From positions 94,242,001 through 94,306,000 of the forward strand of contig OZ076409.1 in the NCBI GenBank assembly GCA_964187785.1: a stretch of 64,000 bases of DNA, given 5' to 3'. Under the pieces are notes generated by a model. That model searched no databases. It saw nothing but the letters and a program-made list of their open reading frames with translations, and was not told the DNA's origin. Shown one piece after another: positions 1 through 10,800 of this stretch (positions within the stretch are counted from its first letter, which is position 1; each line of letters opens with the position of its first letter). This DNA comes from Amphiscolops sp. MND2022. Taxonomy: Eukaryota. The translations under genes were made by a program, and so were the position numbers.

Positions 1-502
1 TTGCTCTTCCTTTTCAACACGTGCTGGATCACATCCACATGGCCTTGGAACATATCTAGGATCACTCTTATCAAAAAGCCGGGCAAAAAATCCTATGAAC
101 AATGCTCCAGCTATAGACCATTATCTATTTCTAGCCATGTGGGAAAGTTATTTGAGAGAATGATTTCCGCTAGACTGAGGCTTTACTTTAAAACTCACAA
201 TATCCTTGACGAAGAACAAGAAGGTTTCAGGACTCATCGGAGCACTATCCGTTCTTTGTATCGCATGCATCTCGTATTAGAAGAAGCAAAGCGCTCAAAA
301 AATCCGACTGCGCTACTGAATATTGATCTGGAAAAAGCCTTTGACAGCATTTGGGTTCAAGGACTGCTTTATAAACTTGAATCGGTGAATGTGCCTCACA
401 GGCTGCTATGTATCATATCATCTTTTCCCAGCAACCGGAAGGGATTCATTGATATCAACGGTCATTACACTGATCTCTTCGATATTAAAGTTGGGCTCCC
501 CC

Positions 503-504
<2 letters not shown>

Positions 505-588
<84 letters not shown>
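505..588. repeat. (GTA)28 microsatellite, the 3' tail of the minus-strand LINE
   Basis: Perfect trinucleotide run beside the insertion junction; it produces the spurious poly-V in ORF 1..642. Confidence 0.95.
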
Positions 589-589
<1 letters not shown>

Positions 590-3167
590 AAGACTTAATT
601 CCAAGATTATGGAATTATAAAATACGTACATGTTATGAATAAAACGAAAAACCGAAAGATTATGAGCGACAAAACGAACAGTAGCATTTTATAAACAGTG
701 AACAGGAGTTCGAGATATCAAAGTTTGAGATCTTTGATAGAAGAAAGTTACGTAGCACCAGTTTGAAATGTTGCAGCGACATACTGAAATCAAGCACTTT
801 TAGACTAATGAGAGCATTTGCTGCTCTAGTGGATCTGACAAAGAAGTTGCTTTCAGAGCCAACTTTTTTGGTTTTTGGAACATCAAAAAGCCCCAGAGTG
901 GATGATCTTGTGTTCAGGGTACTCGTGGCAAGATTGTGATCGACATCAAGACAGCGATTTTGCAGTTTCCATAGCAGTATGAGGTCGTTTTCCGCAAGCT
1001 GAAAACACAAGGGTAGATAGGAATGACTCAAAAGGGCTGACTTATAACTTTTATCAGAACAAATCCATTTAAAAGCTCGCATTTGAAACTTTTCTAATTT
1101 TTTGAGGTAAGTAACTAAAGGCGACCATACAGGAGATCCATATAGAAGAACAGATACTACCAAATTATGGTAAAGTAATTTCTTTCTGGGACTAGCGGTA
1201 GAAGAAGGGATATTTCGACGCATAAAGTTAAAAACTCTGGTGCATTTGGCGAGTTTCGTTTCAATATGGTTCGTCCAGTCGAGGTTGGATGTGACAGTAA
1301 ACCCAAGGTCTTCAATGCTCTTTTCAAATGGCAATTCATTTGAACCAAGATTCAGCATTAAATCAGGCATTACATCCGAGAATGGAATACATTTACATTT
1401 CGAGGGATGAAAACTCAGACCATTTAAAACAGACCAATGTAGAAGAGCATCAAGATCGCTTTGAATGAGTTGGAGGATACAGTCAAAATGTACTTTTAAA
1501 TCATCAGCAAAAGCAAATGGGCATCCATGTTCAATAGATTCCATCATGTCGTTGATAAACAGAATGAATAACAATGGTCCCAAAACACTTCCCTGAGGAA
1601 CACCTGAAGGTACAGCAACTGGAGACGAGAGACTTTCTCTTACTTTGACAATTTGAAACCTGTTCGAAAGATAAGATTCCATTAGTTTGATGAAACCAGG
1701 ACATAAACCGAAAAGCTTGAGCTTGGATAATAGCAAATGATGAGGGACTGAATCGAATGCCTTTTGCACATCAAAATAGATAGACAAAGTGGGAGTATTG
1801 GAGTCCATGGCACGATAGACAAGATCTAAATATGATATCATTTGAGTTACAGTGCTCCGGGCTTTCATGAAACCGTGTTGTTTCCTGTGAATTAGCTTCA
1901 AAACTTTGGGGTACAAAAAGTTGAAAATAATCCGCTCCAGAATGAGTGAGAGTTTGCAAAGAATACTGATTGGGCGATAATTATCAATGGAAGATTTCGG
2001 GCCTTTTTTATGTAGTGGTGTTATGTGCGATACTTTCCAAACATCAGGCCAAGTTCGATTTTTAAGTATATGTGTGAATAGTTCCAAAACAAGTGGAGCC
2101 AGTATATTTGATGCCTTATGAAGAACAAACGAAGGCACTTGATCAGGACCCATAGAATTTGAATCATCGCATTTCAGCAGAAGTGTTTCCACTTCAATAA
2201 GTGAGACTTGGAGATCATCAATAAAAATAGAGGGTACAGTTTCAGTTTCTGATGCTGCGACAAAGTCAACTTTTGAACTAAACACTGAACTAAGGTATTT
2301 GTTGAAGGCATTTGCAATATCACTGTCAGTGCAGTATTTTTGGTCGTTGTAATACATAACAGAGGGAATATGATTGCAAAAACCCAATTTTCGGAGCATA
2401 CGAAAGCACTCAGTTGAAGAAGATAAGTTGAAACTATCCAGAAAGACAAGTTTATCTAATTCGATCGATTGTGATAGTGATAGATCTATTTCACGTTGTT
2501 TGAGAGCTATTTGAAACGACCAGAATCTGGACATTTTGCGAATGTTTGTATCTTTTTGATTCAGAAGATGAATCGTATGGGAGGAGTAGTAGATGGGAAA
2601 ATTCCGACGACGTTTTCTTTTTTGTCTAATAGAAATGAATAAAGAAGAGAACAAACGTGAATACCATTCAGATACAAAGTCAAAGACAGTGGAGGGCTGC
2701 ATGAAACAAATCAGATCATATAGAGGAGATAGAGATTGATTGAAAATTGACTTATCGAAAGACGACTGTGAGTAGGAAGGTACAATAGGTATTTCATTAT
2801 TCGTGCACTCGAGTGAAAAATAAATAGGATAATGATCGGAAAAAAGATTTAGGTCCACCCAACAGTCAAGGTTGCTAGAGTCAGTTAGAATAAGGTCGAG
2901 GATATTACCCGCTTTATGAGTAGGTGAATCAAAAAACTGCGACAGGCAGAGCTCATTTACAGCTTCAAGGAAGGATAGCTCTTTTTCATTACTACTTGTC
3001 ATAGTGTCCCAGTCAATATCGGGGAAATTGAAGTCACCAAGAACAAACGTTGAAAAGTCCCATTTGGGGTTTCCAACTTTTTCCACAAGTGTTTTCTGAT
3101 ATGCATGTATACATTCAATAATTTGCGCAACATCGACTTTGTAATCAGAGGTAGATGGAGACCACTT
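506..3167 (-). mobile_element. 5'-truncated CR1/L2-group LINE with (TAC)n tail
   Basis: Uninterrupted endonuclease-RT ORF. The microsatellite tail is at its 3' end (505-588), and CCAAG is repeated at 501-505 and 3168-3172. Confidence 0.9.
660..3086 (-). CDS. LINE ORF2 (partial AP endonuclease plus reverse transcriptase)
   Basis: Endonuclease motifs GDFN, LDL and SDH; RT motifs NYRPIS, QHGF, FDVQKAFD, GVPQGSVLGP and FADD. The frame stays open upstream to about 3162, the truncation point. Confidence 0.9.
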   Translation of the reverse strand: MEKVGNPKWDFSTFVLGDFNFPDIDWDTMTSSNEKELSFLEAVNELCLSQFFDSPTHKAGNILDLILTDSSNLDCWVDLNLFSDHYPIYFSLECTNNEIPIVPSYSQSSFDKSIFNQSLSPLYDLICFMQPSTVFDFVSEWYSRLFSSLFISIRQKRKRRRNFPIYYSSHTIHLLNQKDTNIRKMSRFWSFQIALKQREIDLSLSQSIELDKLVFLDSFNLSSSTECFRMLRKLGFCNHIPSVMYYNDQKYCTDSDIANAFNKYLSSVFSSKVDFVAASETETVPSIFIDDLQVSLIEVETLLLKCDDSNSMGPDQVPSFVLHKASNILAPLVLELFTHILKNRTWPDVWKVSHITPLHKKGPKSSIDNYRPISILCKLSLILERIIFNFLYPKVLKLIHRKQHGFMKARSTVTQMISYLDLVYRAMDSNTPTLSIYFDVQKAFDSVPHHLLLSKLKLFGLCPGFIKLMESYLSNRFQIVKVRESLSSPVAVPSGVPQGSVLGPLLFILFINDMMESIEHGCPFAFADDLKVHFDCILQLIQSDLDALLHWSVLNGLSFHPSKCKCIPFSDVMPDLMLNLGSNELPFEKSIEDLGFTVTSNLDWTNHIETKLAKCTRVFNFMRRNIPSSTASPRKKLLYHNLVVSVLLYGSPVWSPLVTYLKKLEKFQMRAFKWICSDKSYKSALLSHSYLPLCFQLAENDLILLWKLQNRCLDVDHNLATSTLNTRSSTLGLFDVPKTKKVGSESNFFVRSTRAANALISLKVLDFSMSLQHFKLVLRNFLLSKISNFDISNSCSLFIKCYCSFCRS

Positions 3168-4830
3168 CCAAGGAAGTGTGCTTTCCCCTCTTCTTTTTAT
3201 CTTTTACCTCAGTGACTTTTTATCAGAAGTCGACGTAAAATTCAAATTTGCAGATGACAGCTCGGCTATCATTTCATCTTGTAACACAAATACCTTACAT
3301 TCAGATCTACTATTTGCTCTGATATAGAGTTTTGATGCAAAAAGTGGAGAATGGTAGTTAATGGGTCTAAAACTGAGTTACTTCTTTTGAATTGCTTGGC
3401 TGACAACATTGAGCCAATCCTTCTCAACGGCGAGCAATGCAAGACTAAACAAACTACTAAATCTCTGGGCCTAACTATAGACATTAATCTCACCTATAGA
3501 GAGCACACATCTATTGCGTCCACGAAAGCTTTAATTAGCTGAAGGCTGCTCACGAGTAAATGCACTAACAGGTGGGGCCTCAGTATACCAACATAAGTCT
3601 TTCTATATAAAACCATAATCAGACCACAGTTATTATATGCGGAGCCGATATGGGCCCAAAGAAACTATGCAAGCTTACAGATTGTACAAAATCGAATTAT
3701 CCGTTCCATAATGAAACAGCATGTCACCAAGGATAACAGCTATTGAAGTTTTGATGGGGATTCCTCCTATAGATATTTATTGTTCTTCAATTGAAATCAA
3801 ATTTTTAATCAAAACTGTGAATAACGATGATTTAGTTACTGCGACGCATGTCAAAACATTGACGAGGCCCAGTAGCCTCTCTTCAATCCTCCTTAGCAAA
3901 CTGAGAAGATTTGAAAGAACTCATCCGTCTCATTGTTATACTCGCGACGCTATCAATGCCTTCATTAGGGATAACTGGAACCGTAGATGGAACAGTCCTC
4001 ATAATGATAATTTCCTCAAGAATTTTATTACTAACTTGCCACAAGAAACGATTCACTCACCTTTACTAGATGGGAACCCTTTGCTTGCCATTATGATAAG
4101 CGATCTTCTTATCGGAAGCTCACGAAGATTAGCTGAGAATTTATGGAAACTGAGCTGCACACCATCGCCCTTGTGCATATGTGGAACGTCAGAGCAGAAC
4201 AGCTACCACTATTTCTTCTGTTGTCCAAATTATCGTAATTTCAGACCCTTCCATCCCAATTCTCTTGATCTTTTCATCTCTGACGACTGTGCCATTATTA
4301 GTAATTTTATCTCCTGTACAAATATTCTTTAATGTACTTAAACTGCTGTAGGCGTTCTGGCCTATGAATACATCCACTACAGTGTAGCTGTTCTAAATTT
4401 GTGCTGTTCCATACCTGCCCGCAAAGAGGTGCTTCATTTTAGAATTTATATATATATAATATAATAAAGTGTTCTATCTCCATCGTAGTAATTGCCCGAA
4501 ATTAATTGCAGAGACAATTTAGTCAAATAACTGCAGTATTTTTGACTGTGAACATGAAAATTACTAATAAATTACCTGAGGTCTGTTGATCTACTCGGAT
4601 AATTGTTGGTATTAGTAGTTATGTTCTCACTCGCCTTTTTACTTTATTTTTCTTTGCAGACCATGGGTCTCTGGTTTGCTTGACCGCCTAACACGATGTC
4701 CAAGATGGCTCGGGTCCTATACTACTTGACGTTCTTACCGCTGACCGTCCTATACCGATGACGTTCTTCGATGATCATTTTTATTGTATTATTTTTTTTC
4801 GTGAGTTACATTACTCCAATATTCTAGATC

Positions 4831-7800
4831 ATGAGTGATAAAGGGAGGGAAGAATCGGAGGCATCAGCCACCGAGGATGTTGTGACATTGTCATCTGAAG
4901 CTGAATCTGTGGATGTTTCGAAAAAGAGCGAGAAAGATTCTGACAGTGCTAATGAAGTTATTGAAATTGCAAAAGACAAGAAAAACAAGTCAGTTCTACC
5001 ATGGGTAGAAAAGTATAGACCAGCAGTTTTGGGTGATCTTATCTCTCATCAAGATATCACAGCGACAATCCAGAAGTTCATTGACATGGATCAACTGCCA
5101 CATCTTTTATTCTATGGACCACCAGGTGCGTAGACCTCAGCTCGTTAATCACTCAATTGCAACTGTTTGAGGATATTGTTGATATGCACTCGGTCTCTTG
5201 GAAGTTTTCTCATTCGGAAAGTAAATTACTAATCGATTTTCAATATCGATAAACATTAAAAATCACACGTTTCAGATTTGATTTTTTCAAAGGATAAATG
5301 GTTTCTCAAAAAGAAACGATAACCGACGTCAAATTTTGGCACTACAACTTTCAAAAATTAGTTATGCAAAAAATTAGCTTTGAAAATCATAAATTTTAGG
5401 CACAGGCAAGACGTCCACTATTTTGGCACTTGTGAAGCAACTGTACCCTAAGGACTACCAATCTCAAGTTTTGGAATTGAATGCCTCGGATGACAGAGGT
5501 ATCAACGTGGTCAGAGAGACAATTGTCGGTTTTGCCAGTACAAGGACAATGTTCAACAAGAAGTTCAAATTCGTTATTTTGGACGAAGCTGATTCAATGA
5601 CAAACGATGCCCAAAATGCTTTGAGACGAGTCATGGAAAAATACACTGAAAACACGCGCTTCTGTCTAATTTGCAATTATCTGTCTAAAATCATTCCAGC
5701 TGTCCAGTCGCGATGCACTCGCTTCAGATTTGGTCCTCTCACTGCTGCTCAGATGTCGCCCAGAATCCAGCATGTTATTCAGAGTGAAGGGGTAGCCATA
5801 ACCGATGAAGGATTGAATGCTATTCTCAGTTTAGCTGAAGGTAAATATTTGTGAAATGTCCTTCAAAAGCAGATATTGCATCAAAATAATGATTCAAAAG
5901 AGACCTCAGTCCCACTTTGCTGAGAGAAAAGGATGAAGCTTCTTCCGAGGTTATGACGTACATCCACACAACATAAGCTTTGCTGTCAAGAGCGCAATTA
6001 ATTAAAAATCATAAGACATCAGGACCTCGCTCTTATCAACAGATGTGTTTTCTTTGGCTTCTATAATTCCTTCATTTCAACGACGTATTTCATGAGATAA
6101 AAATTCGGTTATTTATTCAATTTGAAACGACAATCTGTTGAAAGAACTGCAAAACAGTAGTCTTGGCCTATTACCTGAAATTACCTGCTTTTTTCATGAA
6201 ATTAGTTTTTTGAAACTTCTATTTGATTTTGCTTTCGGAAAAGATTGTCCTAGCAGGGCACTCTTTGAGTCAATTCGTTTACATCCTTTTGAGTAGTTTC
6301 GTTGTAATTCAGCTCAGTTTGCAATTTTGAAATGACAAGGTTCTGTTTGGACAGGAGACATGCGAAGGTCCCTGAACATCCTGCAATCGTGTGCCACAGC
6401 GTATGAGCAAGTGGACGAAGAAACGGTCTATACATGCACAGGCAATCCCTCCAAACAGGACATCAACACTATCGTTCAGTGGCTCCTCAACAAAGAGTTC
6501 TCCGCGTGTGTCGATGGCATTCACGATTTCTGTTCCAATAAAGGCTACTCTCTGCAGGATATTGTCACCCAAGTACGCTCATGTTCACTTCCTCAGTTCA
6601 TTCCTCTCAGGGTTGGGAAAATATCAGATATGTATTTAAATATCCAAAATATCAGATATTTTTTTTTTGCATGATTTTTTTGATTTTCTCGATATTTTTG
6701 ATATTTATTTTTCTTAATAAAAACAGTATTTAATTTCAAAAATGAACTATTTTTGATCATTTTTTTTCTCAAAATGATTTTCTTGTTCCAATCAATGTCC
6801 TGAAACAAATAAATTTCTGTCCCAAATTTGTTGGTCTTTTGCCCTTTTTCTACCTGAAAAGACCCTCTATATGTTAGTCTTGATATTTATCAGTGATTGC
6901 TTGCTAAATTTAGTCTGAGATGTCAGTGTCTTGATGATTAACTAAAACTTGAACGTATTGGCGGCTGCAATTTGTGAACGATTAAGGTAATTTCATAGTT
7001 TCCTGTTGGACGAAATGGCAATGATGTCACTCCGAGTTTGGATTTGTAGCGAGTTTTCAATCAGAGGGGATGACTTATTTTAACTCCACAGGTTACGCAA
7101 AACCTCCGGAGATGTTTTTTCATACAAAACAATTTGAAGACGTTTTTGAAATGATTTTGTTGCCTCAACCGTTTGAACAAAGCATTTTTCACTCCCTTTG
7201 ACTGTGATAATGTTCGAATTAACTGTTTTTTTGTGACTCAAAACCGGAAGCTCTTGCTTTCTTCATCAAGAATGCGTGACTTCATAGGGAAAAATAGCGT
7301 GAACAAAGTTTACATTTTAATTCCTAACTGCCACCTTGAATTTGAATATAAAATTAAAGGTTTTTGATGCGGTTTTTAGTCGAAGCATTTTAGTAGAAAA
7401 TGAGCCCGACTATTACAGTTGGTAGTTTTTTAAGACGCGTAAGGTCCACTTTTTTATAATAATAATAATAATTGAATTTATCAGGGTGCGCTGTATATAT
7501 AAGCATCATATAAAATTATAAACATAAAAGTGCAAACATAAAATAATTTAGCCCCTGAAAAGGCTTCCTATAAGCACTTAGGCTTTTCAAGAGGAAACCT
7601 TTTGAAATGATTTTTTTGTGTTTTTTTCAGTTTTTTTGTGTGTGTGTGTGGTAGAGATTTGACATTTAATTAACCGTTTCAATCTATCCAGCTGAAAAAA
7701 TTCTAATTGCATATAAGATCAATCAAGTCACCATTTCCAAAAATGTAGAGATCTGCAATTTGGTGGTAGTAATTTTGAAAACAGTTTTCGTCCATTTCGC

Positions 7801-10800
7801 ATATCAGTTCGTCTGTAAATAAAACACCCCACTTGCGCAATGCATTGATGAGTATGATTGCCCGAGAATCTAGCCTATCATTTTCTCCTGTGCGATTCCA
7901 TATATTTAGACTACCATTTCTTGTCTATTTTGCGTTCCAATGCAAAGACTTTTGAAACCATTTCGTATCTGGTTAAGGGAAAATTTGAAGATTTCATAAA
8001 CATGATACTCAAACACTGTTCTAATTTTTAATTCGTTGAATTTTTCAGTAACACTAGTTCTGGTTGGAAGCCTTAAAGCTATCCTCATTAGTTTTTTTTG
8101 TAATAAGAAAATTTTTAGCAATTTAGTTTTTGGGCCCAAGCCATACAGAAGCACGCCATACTGAACCAGAGGTGATATAAACGATCGAATATATTGTACT
8201 AACTGTTTTTCGTTCAACGTTGCCACTTTTTTTTGTTCATTTGCTCAACAACGTCTTGAACTACGGACGTCCAAAGCATACTCGAAACGCAAGAACCTCG
8301 TTCAAAACAAAAACATCGACGTCCAGAACCTTGAAAACATACTAAGGATCCCCCTTTGGTGTTTTTCACTCGGATTTTTTTCGGCACTATGCGACTTTTT
8401 TTTGATTTTTTTTTGGATTGCACCAAAGGGTCCCTCTTCATTTGTTTCGATATTTTGCTACACAATGTCAGAAAATCCCAAAGGGTCTCCCCTTTTACAT
8501 TTTTCGGTACTGTGACACTGTTCAAAAATCTCATTTTTTCGGAAATTTTTGAAAATCTCCCAAGGGCCCCCCTTCAATTTTTTTCATGTTTTGCAACCAA
8601 CTGGAGTTTCACAAAGCCCAAAGGGCCCCCCGTTTTACAATTTTGAGCCTTAGATATTGCGCCGACTTTGGCCGTTCCCTAGTCTTTTTATTTAAATTTT
8701 TTTAATTTTGCAAAAAAATTTGATGGTGGGGGTAAACAGAAAACCGCCTAGATTAGTTTTGGCCGTCTTTGTGATTCAATTGTACCTATATCATATTTCC
8801 CATTCCTCTGCCCTTTATATTTTCTCTCTGTCATCTCACTGTCATTGCAGTTAATGGAACCCCTCATTGATATTTTGAGGTTGAACTTTTTGTAAGATGG
8901 TACACTTTCATCATTCTGCAGTGATTGTTTCAATTGAACCATCTTCGTTGGAAGATAACAAGACGAGAACGTCTCAAATCGGCGCCCCGCATAAGGCTTA
9001 AACAGCGTAAAAATTATATTTATTTCGAATATAACGAAAAGTGAAAAGTTCGGATATAGCGCAATATTTTTGAACCTCCACATCCTCTTTTGTGAAACAC
9101 AGCGGATATTATGTCAAAAAATCGGCCATAGCTTACTGGGCCATGGCAGCCGTGGAAGTGTGGCGGCCGAAGATTGTAAAAGTTGACCATTGTAAAAGTG
9201 TGAGATTGTCATCTGACAAAAAACATTTGCCACTGTAACGGTGAGGCACATTTTCTTCTGAAATGCGCCGACTACAAATGGATGAGTTTAGGACTGGGGA
9301 AAACGTGCTTCTGACCCGAATCATAAGACATCAGGACCTCGCTCTTATCAACAGATGTGTTTTCTTTGGCTTCTATAATTCCTTCATTTCAACGACGTAT
9401 TTCATGAGATAAAAATTCGGTTATTTATTCAATTTGAAACGACAATCTGTTGAAAGAACTGCAAAACAGTAGTCTTGGCCTATTACCTGAAATTACCTGC
9501 TTTTTTCATGAAATTAGTTTTTTGAAACTTCTATTTGATTTTGCTTTCGGAAAAGATTGTCCTAGCAGGGCACTCTTTGAGTCAATTCGTTTACATCCTT
9601 TTGAGTAGTTTCGTTGTAATTCAGCTCAGTTTGCAATTTTGAAATGACAAGGTTCTGTTTGGACAGGAGACATGCGAAGGTCCCTGAACATCCTGCAATC
9701 GTGTGCCACAGCGTATGAGCAAGTGGACGAAGAAACGGTCTATACATGCACAGGCAATCCCTCCAAACAGGACATCAACACTATCGTTCAGTGGCTCCTC
9801 AACAAAGAGTTCTCCGCGTGTGTCGATGGCATTCACGATTTCTGTTCCAATAAAGGCTACTCTCTGCAGGATATTGTCACCCAAGTACGCTCATGTTCAC
9901 TTCCTCAGTTCATTCCTCTCAGGGTTGGGAAAATATCAGATATGTATTTAAATATCCAAAATATCAGATATTTTTTTTTGCATGATTTTTTTGATTTTCT
10001 CGATATTTTTGATATTTATTTTTCTTAATAAAAACAGTATTTAATTTCAAAAATGAACTATTTTTGATCATTTTTTTTCTCAAAATGATTTTCTTGTTCC
10101 AATCAATGTCCTGAAACAAATAAATTTCTGTCCCAAATTTGTTGGTCTTTTGCCCTTTTTCTACCTGAAAAGACCCTCTATATGTTAGTCTTGATATTTA
10201 TCAGTGATTGCTTGCTAAATTTAGTCTGAGATGTCAGTGTCTTGATGATTAACTAAAACTTGAACGTATTGGCGGCTGCAATTTGTGAACGATTAAGGTA
10301 ATTTCATAGTTTCCTGTTGGACGAAATGGCAATGATGTCACTCCGAGTTTGGATTTGTAGCGAGTTTTCAATCAGAGGGGATGACTTATTTTAACTCCAC
10401 AGGTTACGCAAAACCTCCGGAGATGTTTTTTCATACAAAACAATTTGAAGACGTTTTTGAAATGATTTTGTTGCCTCAACCGTTTGAACAAAGCATTTTT
10501 CACTCCCTTTGACTGTGATAATGTTCGAATTAACTGTTTTTTTGTGACTCAAAACCGGAAGCTCTTGCTTTCTTCATCAAGAATGCGTGACTTCATAGGG
10601 AAAAATAGCGTGAACAAAGTTTACATTTTAATTCCTAACTGCCACCTTGAATTTGAATATAAAATTAAAGGTTTTTGATGCGGTTTTTAGTCGGAGCATT
10701 TTAGTAGAAAATGAGCCCGACTATTACAGTTGGTAGTTTTTTAAGACGCGTAAGGTCCACTTTTTTATAATAATAATAATAATTGAATTTATCAGGGTGC

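Larger units (their letters stand above)
1..4468 (+). mobile_element. Degraded non-LTR retrotransposon (LINE ORF2: RT plus C-terminal CCHC), split by a second LINE insertion
   Basis: RT motifs YRPLS, QEGFR, DLEKAFD and GLPQ lie at 1-504. The frame resumes at about 3168 as (PQ)GSVLSPLLF..FADD. C-terminal CICG..HYFFCC is in ORF 3721-4332. Internal stops are present, with a TA-rich tail at about 4446-4468. Confidence 0.9.

Noticed and set aside
505..642. Poly-valine tract in ORF 1..642
   Set aside because: It is the translation of the (GTA)n LINE tail, not a protein feature.
7170..7366. Dispersed about 190-bp repeat (also about 10481, 46020 and inverted about 55220) as ncRNA or exon
   Set aside because: No consistent splice signals, ORF or structure; most likely a fragment of an unclassified transposon.
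9667..9884. Second RFC gene
   Set aside because: It is only a duplicated exon 3 inside the tandem repeat.
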